From Nitrosopumilus sp. (GTDB taxonomy: Archaea > Thermoproteota > Nitrososphaeria > Nitrososphaerales > Nitrosopumilaceae), in the NCBI GenBank assembly GCA_965205215.1, contig OZ242041.1:2016001-2080000 (forward strand): a stretch of DNA of 64,000 bases. The letters run 5' to 3'. The position numbers were made by a program, and so were the translations under genes. The notes below the pieces were generated by a model. The model was not told the DNA's origin. It searched no databases and saw only the letters and a list, made by a program, of their open reading frames with translations. Numbering within the stretch: the stretch's first letter is position 1; each line of letters opens with the position of its first letter. Below are positions 30,671 to 41,700 of this stretch, one piece after another.

Positions 30671-32125
30671 ATGCCAGACCACACAGTACGGCCGGTACGG
30701 GCCGGAAAGAACCAGTACGTCATAGAGCCCGACGAGTCGTCCGGCCGTATCGCGCCCGTCCGCATATACGCCGACGACGCGCTGCTTGACAAAATGATGA
30801 CCGACCGCACCATAAGGCAGGCCTGCAACGTGGCGTCCATACCAGGCATAGTGGGGCACGGGGTGGTACTGCCCGACGGGCACGAGGGGTACGGGTTCCC
30901 GGTCGGCGGCGTGGCGGCCATGGACGCCGACGAGGGCATGATCAGCCCCGGCGGCGTCGGATACGACATCAACTGCGGCGTCAGGCTGCTGAGGACGGAC
31001 CTTGACGAGGCGCAGATGCGCCCGCGCATAAAGGACGTAATATCGGACCTGTTTGGCGCCATCCCCTCCGGCGTCGGCTCAAAGGGCGCCGTCCGGCTCA
31101 GAAGGTCGGAGCTTGACGAGGTGATGGTAAGGGGGGTGGACTGGGCAGTGGAGAACGGGTACGGCTCCGCGGACGACGCGGACTCCTGCGAGGAGTCCGG
31201 GCGCATCGGCGGCGCCGATCCCGGCGCGGTCTCCGAGAAGGCAAAGAGCAGGGGCGCCCCCCAGCTTGGCAGCCTGGGCTCCGGAAACCACTTTCTGGAG
31301 ATCCAGAAGGTGGCGGAGATACACGACGAGGTTGCGGCCGAGCGGATGGGGATCAGGCTGGGCGCCATAACCATACTGATCCACTGCGGGTCCCGCGGGT
31401 TCGGGCACCAGATATGCAGCGACTACCTGAGGGTGTCGGAGCGGTGCATGCCAAAGTACGGCATCACCCTGCCGGACAGGGAGCTTGCGTGCGTCCCCAA
31501 CTCGTCGGAGGAGGGCGAGTCGTATCGCAGGGCGATGTTTGCCGCGCTCAACTTTGCGTGGAGCAACAGGCAGATGATAACCCACTGGACGCGCAAGTCG
31601 TTTGAGCGCGTCTTTTCGCGGTCCGAGACCGACCTGGGCATGCGGCTGGTGTACGACGTGGCCCACAACATCGCAAAGGTGGAGGAGCACGAGGTGGACG
31701 GCGAGAGGCGCAGGCTGGTGGTGCACCGCAAGGGGGCCACCAGGTCGTTCCCGGCCGACCGCAGCGAGGTTCCCTCCAGGTACAGGGACATCGGGCAGCC
31801 GGTGCTGGTGCCCGGCTCGATGGGCACCGCAAGCTGGATTCTCCTGGGGCAGCCAAACGCAATGAGCCTGAGCTTTGGATCCACGGCGCACGGCGCGGGG
31901 CGCATGATGTCTAGGTCCAAGGCGCGCCGCAACTATACGGAACAGCAGGTCAGGGCGTCGCTCAACAGCAGGGGCATATTCATAAAGTCACTCACGCGGG
32001 ACGGGGTGGTCGAGGAGACGCCGGAGGCATACAAGGACGTGGACGCCGTGGTGGAGGTGTCGCACGCGCTCGGCATCGGCACAAAGGTCGCAAAGCTCGT
32101 CCCCATGGGCGTCATGAAGGGGTGA
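30671..32125 (+). CDS. rtcB: tRNA-splicing ligase RtcB
   Basis: PDGH.GYGFPVGGV, GYDINCG, GSGNHFLE, HRKGAT, PGSMG, HGAGR, AYKD. Confidence 0.97.
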   Translation: MPDHTVRPVRAGKNQYVIEPDESSGRIAPVRIYADDALLDKMMTDRTIRQACNVASIPGIVGHGVVLPDGHEGYGFPVGGVAAMDADEGMISPGGVGYDINCGVRLLRTDLDEAQMRPRIKDVISDLFGAIPSGVGSKGAVRLRRSELDEVMVRGVDWAVENGYGSADDADSCEESGRIGGADPGAVSEKAKSRGAPQLGSLGSGNHFLEIQKVAEIHDEVAAERMGIRLGAITILIHCGSRGFGHQICSDYLRVSERCMPKYGITLPDRELACVPNSSEEGESYRRAMFAALNFAWSNRQMITHWTRKSFERVFSRSETDLGMRLVYDVAHNIAKVEEHEVDGERRRLVVHRKGATRSFPADRSEVPSRYRDIGQPVLVPGSMGTASWILLGQPNAMSLSFGSTAHGAGRMMSRSKARRNYTEQQVRASLNSRGIFIKSLTRDGVVEETPEAYKDVDAVVEVSHALGIGTKVAKLVPMGVMKG

Positions 32126-32129
32126 TTGC

Positions 32130-32594
32130 TTGGCAGAGGGCGGCGACGCGGAGCTCGAGAGGCTAAAGGCCAGGAGGCTGGCGGAGATGCAGAGGAACAT
32201 CTCCGCAAAAAAGGGGCGCGAGGAGGCGGGCAAGGACGCCGGTTCGGAGAAGGGGAGTGGCGGGCCGGCAGCCGCGCGCGACGTGGTGGTGGCGTCGCTC
32301 GGGTTCAGGGGGCTCGAGGTGCTCGAGAGCGCAGAGGCCCAGTATCCGGCAGAGGCCAAGGTGATAGTGGGCAGGCTTGCAGAGATAATACGCTCAGAGA
32401 ACATCCCAGACAAGATTGACGGGGGACAGCTGCTAGCCGTATTCCGCATGGTGGGGCTTCCAGTAAAGATCAGGACGTCGATCAAGATAGAGAAGGACGG
32501 AAAGTTTGTCTCCATTTCAGACAGGCTGAAGAATGTAAGAAACGGCAGCGCCGTTGCTGCTGCTGCGGCGGCGGGGGAGGATGACGCCAACTGA
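32130..32594 (+). CDS. PDCD5-like dsDNA-binding domain protein
   Basis: D.ELERLK.RRLAEM N-terminus, RG.EVL..A..QYP. Confidence 0.7.
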   Translation: MAEGGDAELERLKARRLAEMQRNISAKKGREEAGKDAGSEKGSGGPAAARDVVVASLGFRGLEVLESAEAQYPAEAKVIVGRLAEIIRSENIPDKIDGGQLLAVFRMVGLPVKIRTSIKIEKDGKFVSISDRLKNVRNGSAVAAAAAAGEDDAN

Positions 32595-32646
32595 CGCCTC
32601 GCCGTATGCGTCGCGGCGCATGCAGTGTCGCGGTACGCTGTTGTAG

Positions 32647-33081
32647 TTGTTGCAGCGGCGATGGCAGCAGTCGCGCTCATCCCAATCTTGGACTACGTGC
32701 GGGCGCAGCTACCGCCGCCGCTGTCGCCGCTGTCGCCGGGAGGCCACGTGCACATTGAGCGCGCACGACGCGGGAGTCTCGCTTGAGATTGCCGGGCACG
32801 ACTATACCGGCGACAAGCTTGCAATCAAGATGGCCCTCTCCCACATGGAGAGCCTGGTAGGCGCGTACAACGGGTATGAGACGGGGCCGCCGTCGGAGCG
32901 CTTTGGATGGACGTTCTTTGGCCTGTCGATAAAGCCAGACCTCCAGGCCGGAATCGAGTCCGAGTTCTCCGACATGCTTGCCAAATACCAGAAGGAGAAG
33001 GACCGCTCAAGGCGCTTTGCCATGTTTCTCTCGGACTATTTCGCGTCAAGAAACTGCAGCGTAAAGGTGAGGGTGGCATAA
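32647..33081 (+). CDS. Conserved hypothetical protein (start uncertain)
   Basis: Clean C-terminal ~105 aa (FGWTFF...KP.L, C.VKV). Confidence 0.6.
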   Translation: MLQRRWQQSRSSQSWTTCGRSYRRRCRRCRREATCTLSAHDAGVSLEIAGHDYTGDKLAIKMALSHMESLVGAYNGYETGPPSERFGWTFFGLSIKPDLQAGIESEFSDMLAKYQKEKDRSRRFAMFLSDYFASRNCSVKVRVA

Positions 33082-33213
33082 CAAGCCACTGATGCCGCAC
33101 GGTTGCTCCATGTAGCCATGTCCGTCACGCGGGAGGATGCTATGCCGCGCACGGCGCGACGCCTGCAGTCTTGATGAAAATCGGCTCTCGAGGGCTGCCG
33201 TGCTCTGGAACGC

Positions 33214-34134
33214 TCAGACTCTTCTGCCGCGCTTGCCACCCTTCTTTCTGGTGGTGTCGTGTGGGATCGGCGTCACGTCGTCAATCCTGCCTATCTTGAA
33301 CCCGCCTCTTGCCAATGCCCTGATTGCAGACTGGGCCCCGGGTCCCGGCACCCTTGATCCCACGCCGCCTACCGCGCGCACCCTGATGTGAAATCCTACA
33401 AACCCCTTTGCCCTTGCAGACTCGATTACCGCATTTGCGGCCTTCATCGCGGCAAACGGCGACGACTCGTACCTGTCGGCGTTGACGTGTATGCCGCCCG
33501 AGCTGATCGCAACGGTCTCCCCGCCGGTCAAGTCCGTCATGTGGATTATCGTATTGTTGTAGCTGCTAAAGATGTGGGCTATCCCCCACTTTTCATTCTC
33601 GTGTCTTACGGACTCTTGCGCCGCGTCCGGATCCTGCTGCTGCTTGCGGCGGGCCTGGGACATGTCTTCGGCCTTTATCGCGTCCACCATGCTCTCTGAG
33701 GACTCGGCGTCGGCCTGTATGGCCTTGGCGCGCGTCTCGGTTGCAGTACGCAGCTTTGCAAGCTGGGCCTGCGCGTCGGACGCAGAGATCTCTACTGTCT
33801 GCGTCTCATTGCCATCATCATCATCACCATCATCATCATCACCATCGCCGTCCCCGCCCGAGTCTGCCTTATCAGGAGAGCCTTCTGCCGCGGCCCCGTC
33901 AGGGTCGGACTGACCGCCGGCGTCATTAGCCTGATCACCCTTGTCATTGTCATCACTCTTGCCATCTTTCACATCATCATTCCTGCCACCGTCGCCGTCT
34001 GCCGCAACGTCCTTGTCCCCTCCGGCGCCCTCCGCCTGCGGTACGTCCTGTTCAGCCTCCGCGGCACTCTCTTCGGGGGCCTTGTCGGTGGCCTCCTTGT
34101 ACTCTTCTTCCCCATCTGGCAATAACCCATCCAT
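33214..34134 (-). CDS. rps11: 30S ribosomal protein S11 (uS11) with long acidic N-terminal extension
   Basis: [45 protein letters not shown]. Confidence 0.97.
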   Translation of the reverse strand: MDGLLPDGEEEYKEATDKAPEESAAEAEQDVPQAEGAGGDKDVAADGDGGRNDDVKDGKSDDNDKGDQANDAGGQSDPDGAAAEGSPDKADSGGDGDGDDDDGDDDDGNETQTVEISASDAQAQLAKLRTATETRAKAIQADAESSESMVDAIKAEDMSQARRKQQQDPDAAQESVRHENEKWGIAHIFSSYNNTIIHMTDLTGGETVAISSGGIHVNADRYESSPFAAMKAANAVIESARAKGFVGFHIRVRAVGGVGSRVPGPGAQSAIRALARGGFKIGRIDDVTPIPHDTTRKKGGKRGRRV

Positions 34135-34239
34135 CCATGGGGGTTTAAAATACACTACGCATCGGGCTGTACGGTGCGTACGCCGCATGCAGGCGGCATA
34201 CGCCGATGCTTCAAATACGCGCCGCCGCCATATGTTGTG

Positions 34240-34566
34240 ATGGCATACGGCATGATGCTTGCAGTGGCCGGGACTGCCGTTGCGGCCGCCATATTCGGCT
34301 CCATAGCGCTACAGTATGTGGTGCCGACAGGGGACAACATCGTGACGCCCCTAGAGCAGAGGTGCACGGACGTGGCGCGGCAGGGCTATGCAATACATTC
34401 CGCCTACCCGGACATGACTCTTGACGAGATACCCGTCGATGACGCGAGGCTCCTGATCAAGCTTGACGAGATATGGATGAACGAGTGCGTTCCAAGGCTT
34501 CCGGCAAGTGTCATTATTGAGATTGCAGACGGCGTGGAGCGCGGCTCGCCCACGAGGGGCGAGTAG
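34240..34566 (+). CDS. Membrane-anchored hypothetical protein
   Basis: N-terminal TM helix, two Cys. Confidence 0.6.
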   Translation: MAYGMMLAVAGTAVAAAIFGSIALQYVVPTGDNIVTPLEQRCTDVARQGYAIHSAYPDMTLDEIPVDDARLLIKLDEIWMNECVPRLPASVIIEIADGVERGSPTRGE

Positions 34567-34625
34567 CCCCCGACCGCAGGCCCGTATGCAATTCGTGCAG
34601 CTGCACTCATTGTGGGTTGCACCCG

Positions 34626-35681
34626 TCAGGATGCAAGGTGATCCCACCCGGAATCCTCTATCCTGATGCGGGTGTCGTCGTCGCCTCCACCGCGCCGCAC
34701 ATACACGGGGTACCTCCAACCCCTCCCCGTGGCCTTTACGGTACCGATCCTCATCAGAGGAACCCCGAGCCTGCCCGCAACCTTGGCCATTCTCCTGCCA
34801 CCGGACTCCGTTGCCGTGAACACTATCTCGTACTCTTCCCCGCCATAAAACACCAGATTATCCAGACTCATCCTGTTCTGGCGCGCGTATCTCTCAAGCT
34901 GTACCGTGGCGGGGATGTCGTGCACCTCAAATGCGCGGCCGCTCTGCCTTGCCATCTCGTTGAGCGTGAACCCGAGCCCGTCACTTGAGTCCATCGCGGA
35001 CGTGAAATACTTGGCGCACCTTGCCCCGAACTCGGCCCTGGCCACAGGATGCAGCACCGAGCGCACGGCCCTTCTGGCCGCGCCTCCGCTCCCGGCATGC
35101 CCCTCCAGAAGCACCTTGAACCCGAGCGCCGTGTACCCGAACGGGCCCGTCACGAATATCCCGTCCCCCGGCCCTGCTCCCCCCCGGGCCACCTTTCGTT
35201 CCAGGGCGTGCTCCCCGACCATGCACACGTTGAAGACAAACTCCCTCCCGGCGTTGGTGTCCCCCGCCACTATCCTGACGTTGTATTCGCCCGCGGCGTC
35301 TGCAAACCCGTGTGCCATGCCCCTGATGTCGCCGCGGGTCGCGCCCTTTGGTATGTTGACCGATATGGTCCCGAACCGGGGCCTGGCCCCCTTGGCGGCC
35401 AAGTCGCTTATGCAGGATACGACGCTCTTCCTTGCGGCCTGCCTCAGGGTCATGCGCGGCGGCATGTCCGTGCTCTGGACCCAGGTGTCGGTGTTGATGA
35501 CAAGGGTCTTTTTGCCGACCCGCGCATATCCGATGTCGTCGGGCTCCGGCGTGCCGCCTCCCAGCATCCGGCGCATCGTCGCAGCCACGTCACGCTCGCT
35601 TACTGCTGCCGCTGCCGCTGCCGCTGTCGCTGCCGTCGCGCCGCCCCTGCGTGGCGATGCCGTCTTCCTCCCTTTGCCCAT
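34626..35681 (-). CDS. thiL: Thiamine-monophosphate kinase
   Basis: DD, SDLAAKGA.P, AGDT, MDSSDGL, GGEEYE. Confidence 0.93.
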   Translation of the reverse strand: MGKGRKTASPRRGGATAATAAAAAAAVSERDVAATMRRMLGGGTPEPDDIGYARVGKKTLVINTDTWVQSTDMPPRMTLRQAARKSVVSCISDLAAKGARPRFGTISVNIPKGATRGDIRGMAHGFADAAGEYNVRIVAGDTNAGREFVFNVCMVGEHALERKVARGGAGPGDGIFVTGPFGYTALGFKVLLEGHAGSGGAARRAVRSVLHPVARAEFGARCAKYFTSAMDSSDGLGFTLNEMARQSGRAFEVHDIPATVQLERYARQNRMSLDNLVFYGGEEYEIVFTATESGGRRMAKVAGRLGVPLMRIGTVKATGRGWRYPVYVRRGGGDDDTRIRIEDSGWDHLAS

Positions 35682-35698
35682 TGCGCTCGCCTGCCGGC

Positions 35699-37042
35699 TT
35701 ATCCCCCCGCCATGGCGCGCCTCACGCTCCCGATCACGGCCTCGCACCTCGCCGCGTCATCGGACTCTGCGGACAGCCTGACTGCGTTCTCGGTGTTCGA
35801 TTCCCGCACCAGCACCCAGCTGTCATCGTCTATCACCCCCCTGACGCCGTCAAGCCTCTGGACCTCGGAGCACTCCGATTCCAGCCACTTGAGGGCGCGC
35901 TCCATCATGTCGTGCTGCCGCAGGCCTGCCCCCGCAGGCATCTTGGTCCGGATTATGTGGTATCTGCCCAGCATGCCAAGCACCTCCCTGAACCGCGCCC
36001 CGCCACCGTCCTCCCGAAGCATTCTTGCTATCACGCCCCCGGCCAGGATGCCGTCCCTGCAGTGGTTGAACTCGGGCAGGATAAAGCCCCCGCTGCTCCC
36101 CTCGCCCCCGGCCTGGGCCCCGACCTTTGTCATCTCCTCTACTACATTTGCCTCCCCGACCTTTGCCCTCGTGTGGATTCCGCCGTGCGACTCTATGAGC
36201 CTCTCCACTCCACGGCTGGTGTCCGCGCTCAGGACAAACCTTTCGTATCCCATGTCGAGCGCGCCCGCAATGCCAAGCCCCAGGGTTGTATCGGGCGTCT
36301 GCTTTGTTCCGTCAGCGACGATGACAAGCCTGTCGCCGTCAAGATCAAATGCAAACCCTATGCTGCCCTTTGCTCTTGACAGCGACACGAGGCCGTCGAG
36401 GCCGTCCGTGGTGGGGTCGGGCCCCCTGGAGCGCGGTTCGGAGTTTATCACGCTGACGCTGCAGCCGATCTTTTCGTACAGGCGGGGCGCCACGTGCGCG
36501 GCTGCGCCCCCGCCCACGTCCACTGCAATCCGCGGACTGCCCCCTATCTCCCCGATTACCTCTGCTGCCTCCTCCACGTACGTCGACGCGTGGCTGCGCC
36601 TTACCCCGGGCTCTGTTGCCGTTGCCAGGGCCGCGGCATCCCTGCCGCCGTCCTCCTGTGCGCCGTTCCCGCGACCGCGCGCCCCCGTTATGAGTGGGAG
36701 CTCCGACTCGTTTATCCCCCTGCCGCCCGTGACGAACTTTAACCCGTTCCATTCTAGCGGATTGTGCGACGACGTTATCACCACGCCGGCGCCGATCCTT
36801 CTTGCCTCCCGGAACACCACGGGCGTGGGCGCCACGCCCATATCGTACACGTCCACGCCTCCCTCCATCAGCCCCGCGTGGGCGGCGCGCTCCATCATGG
36901 GCCCCGACGGCCTAGTGTCCCTGCCGGTCACGCACCTGCCGCCGGACAGGCTTGCAAAATTGCCGCAGAATCTGATTACGTCCCTGATGCCAATGTCGTC
37001 CCCGACAATCCCCCTGATCCCCGAGATCGTCTTCTTCACCAC
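35699..37042 (-). CDS. Phosphomannomutase/phosphoglucomutase
   Basis: SGIRG, GRDTR.SG, TSSHNP..WNG.K, FDLDGDR, GGEGSSG, VRESNTE. Confidence 0.95.
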   Translation of the reverse strand: MVKKTISGIRGIVGDDIGIRDVIRFCGNFASLSGGRCVTGRDTRPSGPMMERAAHAGLMEGGVDVYDMGVAPTPVVFREARRIGAGVVITSSHNPLEWNGLKFVTGGRGINESELPLITGARGRGNGAQEDGGRDAAALATATEPGVRRSHASTYVEEAAEVIGEIGGSPRIAVDVGGGAAAHVAPRLYEKIGCSVSVINSEPRSRGPDPTTDGLDGLVSLSRAKGSIGFAFDLDGDRLVIVADGTKQTPDTTLGLGIAGALDMGYERFVLSADTSRGVERLIESHGGIHTRAKVGEANVVEEMTKVGAQAGGEGSSGGFILPEFNHCRDGILAGGVIARMLREDGGGARFREVLGMLGRYHIIRTKMPAGAGLRQHDMMERALKWLESECSEVQRLDGVRGVIDDDSWVLVRESNTENAVRLSAESDDAARCEAVIGSVRRAMAGG

Positions 37043-37090
37043 AGCGCTTTGGGATACTTTTTATTAACTCTGATGATGACCGCCACACAT

Positions 37091-37164
37091 GCCTTGGTAG
37101 CTCAGCCCGGTAGAGCGAACGCCTCGTAAGCGTTAGGTCGCGGGTTCAGATCCCGTCCGAGGCT
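37091..37164 (+). tRNA. tRNA-Thr(CGT)
   Basis: GCCTTGG/CCGAGGC acceptor, AACGC-CT CGT AA-GCGTT anticodon arm, GGTTC T-loop. Confidence 0.95.
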
Positions 37165-37603
37165 TCATACTAATCCCGATAAAACTCCCAGAGGGTTGGA
37201 AACCCGAGCGTGCGGCGCCTCACCGCGCCTGAGACTCGTGCTCGTCAAGGGACTCTAGGTCGACTTGGAGTTCCTCGCCGAGGCCCTCCCACCATCTCTC
37301 CTCACCGGATGTCCCCATGACTACTCTTGGAGTCTGATCCTTCCTTATAGATCTGTCGGTATTTCCCAGCGGATCAGGAGCCGCCGCCACTGCCACCATG
37401 ATCATCAGCGCCGTTGTGACTGAGTTTCCGGTACTGCGGGGCAATGCCGGCGGTGCGGCCATGTCTGGGAATGGACGTGAACATGCGCGGCGTCGCTGTC
37501 ACCACCGTGCTCACCGTGATGATCATAATAAATATGATCAATGACGCGCCTGCCCGTCACGCCACAAGATGTTACGCGGTCAGCGGAATCGGCATGGCGC
37601 CCG

Positions 37604-37810
37604 TCAGGCGCCGGCCCCGCTGTCGTGGGACTCTGCGCCTTCCTTCTTGTTCTTCATCTTTCTGTATACGATTATGCCAAGCGCCCCGGCGGCGCAGCCC
37701 CAGAACACGTACGACGTGCCGGCGTCGACTGCGGGGCGGAACGCCCCGACGTAGCTCAGTATCATTATGGCCACCAGTCCGAGCCCCGCGACTTCCAGTC
37801 CCCTTGCCAT
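37604..37810 (-). CDS. Small two-TM protein
   Basis: MARGLEVAGLGLVAIMIL...; two hydrophobic helices and a basic tail. Confidence 0.55.
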   Translation of the reverse strand: MARGLEVAGLGLVAIMILSYVGAFRPAVDAGTSYVFWGCAAGALGIIVYRKMKNKKEGAESHDSGAGA

Positions 37811-37838
37811 CTGAATGTGGGGCGGATCAAAAAGATAT

Positions 37839-38072
37839 ATGGTTTTCCCGCGTGCGCGTATCGTGGACAAGTATCTTACCGTGATTCTGATATTCATGTT
37901 TGTCGGGATTCCAATCTCCTTTGTGAGCCCGACCACCGGCGAGCTCAGGTTCCTTCCGGTTCTCTTTTACACCTCGATTGGCGGAATAGTCGCAATATTC
38001 CTGTATGACTCATACAAGACTCGAAAGCAGCGGCAGCTTACAAGGGACAAGCGCAAGAGGTCTAAAAAGTAG
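37839..38072 (+). CDS. Small two-TM protein
   Basis: MVFPRARIVD...; two TM helices and a KR-rich tail. Confidence 0.6.
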   Translation: MVFPRARIVDKYLTVILIFMFVGIPISFVSPTTGELRFLPVLFYTSIGGIVAIFLYDSYKTRKQRQLTRDKRKRSKK

Positions 38073-38190
38073 GCGGCTTGGCCGTGCGCCATGGGCATGC
38101 CTGGCGCCTGCCGTAACGGCGCCATGCACCGCAGACGCGCGCAGGCCGCACCGGGATCTTGCAAAAAATGAAAAAAAGACGGCTAGCCGC

Positions 38191-38472
38191 CTACAGGTCC
38201 AGTCCGAAGGACTCTGCAATGCTGGAGAACTTTACGTACGACTCCAGATACTGCCTGCCCTTGGGGGTTATTACGAAAGTGTTCCTGCCGTCATATTCGA
38301 TACGGTTTACGAGTCCGGCACCGGTCAGGTTGTCCATGAACTTTGATAATCGCGAGTGTGAGATGTTGGCCTTTGTCAGCAGGGACGTGGTCTTGATGCC
38401 GTCCCGTCCAGATTCCTGTGTTACGGTCAGTAGATCCGCTACAATCTGCATGCTTGTTCTGTATGCTACCAT
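38191..38472 (-). CDS. Winged-helix transcriptional regulator
   Basis: YRT...I..D.L, KAN.S..RL, ITPKGRQYL. Confidence 0.88.
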   Translation of the reverse strand: MVAYRTSMQIVADLLTVTQESGRDGIKTTSLLTKANISHSRLSKFMDNLTGAGLVNRIEYDGRNTFVITPKGRQYLESYVKFSSIAESFGLDL

Positions 38473-38767
38473 GTTTCACCATTACATACCTCCGTTATAA
38501 CTATATCTTATCCAACTATTACATTCTCGGACATAACTACAACTTACCTAACCATTACATAACTATGATAACCTTATTGTCCTCCGGCGGCACCCGGACC
38601 TTTCCCGCCAAAGCCGCGAAGGGCTCAAAGATCGCGATGCCCCGGGGCGGCAAGGCTCATGGATCATATGATAGCCGCCACGCCTAACTGGCAGGAGGTG
38701 TCGGCTCAAGGCAGGTGCTGCACGCGAGCTGCAGGTGCCGCAGTCACATAGGCGGCGGCAGGAGCGG

Positions 38768-41700
38768 CTACTGGACCGGCGCGCTCCGGACTGTTACGAC
38801 TACCGTGTCGGTGGCAGTGTCAGTGCCGTCAGAGACTGTAAGGGTGAGGGTGTAGTTGGTGTCGGCCGAGATGTCCGGCGCCGTGAAGGACGGGGCGGGG
38901 GCGTCGGCATTCTTGAGTGGGATGGGCGGCGAGATCGTCCAGCCGTACGTGATCGAGTCGCCGTCCGGGTCGGAGGATGCGAAGCCGTTGAGGTAGACGA
39001 TGGCGCCCTCAGAGACGGTCAAGTCTGCCCCCGCGTCGGCTGTGGGCGGCAGGTTGTTCTCGACTGTTACGACTACCGTGTCGGTGGCAGTGTCAGTGCC
39101 GTCAGAGACTGTAAGGGTGAGGGTGTAGTTGGTGTCGGCCGAGATGTCCGGCGCCGTGAAGGACGGGGCGGGGGCGTCGGCATTCTTGAGGGTGACGGAT
39201 GGCGAGATCGTCCAGCCGTACGTGATCGAGTCGCCGTCCGGATCGGAGGATGCGAAGCCGCTGAGGTAGACGGTGGCGCCCTCGCGCACGGTCAGGTCGG
39301 CTCCCGCGTCGGCTGTGGGCGCCCGGTTCGTCGGCTGCTGCTGCTGCTGGGCCGACACGCTCCGGACCGTTACTACCATGGTGTCGGTGTCGGTGTCGGT
39401 GCCGTCGGAGACCGTAAGGGTGATGGTGTAGGGGGTGTCTGACGTGACGGAGGGCGCCGCGAACGACGGGGCCGCGGTGTTGGCGTTCTGGAGGGTTATG
39501 CCCTGCGGAGCAGTCCAGCTGTACGACAGGGAATCGCCGTCGGGGTCGGAGGACGACGAGCCGTTCAGATTCACGGTGGCGCCCTCAGAGACGGTCTGGT
39601 CTGCTCCCGCGTCGGCTGTGGGCGGCAGGTTGACGTTCCGGACCGTTACTATCACCGTGTCGGTGTCGGTGTCGGTGCCGTCGGAGACTGCAAGGGTGAT
39701 GGTGTAGGGGGTGTCTGACGTGACGGAGGGCGCCGCGAACGACGGGGCCGCGGTGTTGGCGTTCTGGAGGGTTATGCCCTGCGGGGCAGTCCAGCTGTAC
39801 GACAGGGAATCGCCGTCGGGGTCGGAGGACGACGAGCCGTTCAGATTCACGGTGGCGCCCTCAGAGACGGTCTGGTCTGCTCCCGCGTCGGCTGTGGGCG
39901 GCAGGTTGACGTTCCGGACCGTTACTATCATGGTATCGGTGTCGGTGTCGGTGCCGTCGGAGACTGCAAGGGTGATGGTGTAGGGGGTGTCTGACGCGAC
40001 TGGGGGCGCCGCGAACGACGGGGCCGCGGTGTTGGCGTTCTGGAGGGTTATGCCCTGCGGGGCAACCCAGAGGTATGACAGGGTATCGCCGTCCGGGTCG
40101 GAGGACGACGAGCCGTCCAAGCTGACGGCGGAACCCTCAGAGACGGTCTGGTCTGTTCCCGCGTCGGCCGCGGGCGGCCGGTTCAGGTGCGAGGAGGCGT
40201 AAATTTCAAGCTGCCGCGTGTTGCCGGTGCCGAACGAATCTGCGGACTCGGCCCCGATGTTTATGAGATACTTGTCTTTCGGGGGGGCGTTTGGCTTTAT
40301 CATCAGGACGTTGTCAGAAGATATGGTAAAGTTTGCGTTGTCCGGATATGCACCGGTGTCCACAAGCGAGTAGGACGGATTATGGCGGTGCAGTACGGCG
40401 TTCTGTGCGGCAATCTCCGCCGCGTACGTGCCGTCCCCGCCAATGCGCGTGCTGTTGAGCGTAATGTACCAGGGCCCCAGATTTTGACTAAAGGCGCTGG
40501 CGTAGTAGAACATGTAGTACATGTCGGCCACGTTTGAGACGTCCCAGCCGGAGATGTCGGAGTTGAACTCGTAGGTTATATAGAACATTTCGCTCATGTC
40601 GGTTACACTGGAGGTGTCCCAGCCGGAGAGGTCGGCGGCAATGTTGTAGGCGTGGGAGAACATGCCCCTCATGTCGGTTACGCTGGAGGTGTCCCAGCCG
40701 GAGATGTCTCCGTTGAAATCCATGGCGTCCTGGAACATGCGGCTCATGTCGGTTACGCTGGAGGTGTTCCAGCCGGAGAGGTCGGCGTTGAAATACATGG
40801 CGCCGTAGAACATGCCGCTCATGTCGGTTACGCTGGAGGTGTTCCAGCCGGAGAGGTCGGGGGTGGCACCGGATTCAAAAAACATGTAGCTCATGTCGGT
40901 TACGCGCGAGGTGTCCCAGCCGGAGAGGTCGGCGTCGAAGTAGTAGGCATTGTAGAACATGCCGCTCATGTCGGTTACGCTGGAGGTGTTCCAGCCGGAG
41001 AGGTCGCCGTTGAAGTGACTGGAGCGGAACATTTCGCTCATGTTGGTCACGCGCGAGGTGTCCCAGCCGGAGAGACAAGGGGACGTGTTCCAGTCACCGC
41101 AGAAGCCGCTGATTTCGGAGAACATTCTGTTCATGTCGGTTACGCTGGAGGTGTCCCAGTCGGAGATGTTTGCACTGAAGCTGTAAGCGCGGAAGAATGT
41201 TTCGCCCATGTCGGTTACGCTGGAGGTGTCCCAGTCGGAGAGGTCGGCGTCGAAGTAAGCGGCACCGCGGAACATGCGGTTCATGTCGGTTACGCTGGAG
41301 GTGTCCCAGTCGGAGAGGTCGGCGTCGAAGTTGTGGGCATTGTAGAACATGCGGTTCATGTCGGTTACGCTGGAGATGTCCCAGCCGGAGAGGTCGGCGT
41401 CGAAGTTGTGGGCGCCGTCGAACATGCCGCTCATGTCGGTTACGCTGGAGGTGTTCCAGCCGGAGAGGTCGCCGTTGAAATAGTAGGCAGAGCTGAACAT
41501 CCTCGACAGACTGGACACGCCCGAGAGGTTCGGGCTGTCGTCCGCGGCGTATCTCACGTTTCTTGCGTCCGCGAATGCAGACTCCATGGACGACCACCGC
41601 ATGGAGCCCCACTGGTCGATGCTCTTCAGCTTTTCGGCGTTTGTGACATCCCCGCCCAGAAGTATTCTCGTAAAGTCGCCCGAGATTCGCACGGTATAGG

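Noticed and set aside
35049-37067. Very long antisense ORFs (e.g. 35049-37067, 24403-26136, 28849-30138, 17096-18265)
   Set aside because: Shadow frames of well-supported genes in high-GC DNA, with no motifs
37165-37600. Possible integrated-element remnant downstream of tRNA-Thr
   Set aside because: No duplicated tRNA 3' end and no integrase, only low-complexity short ORFs
40520-41500. Repeat-spacer-like pattern resembling a CRISPR array
   Set aside because: The units are in-frame ~75-bp DUF285 coding repeats, the variable parts are homologous to each other, and there are no cas genes
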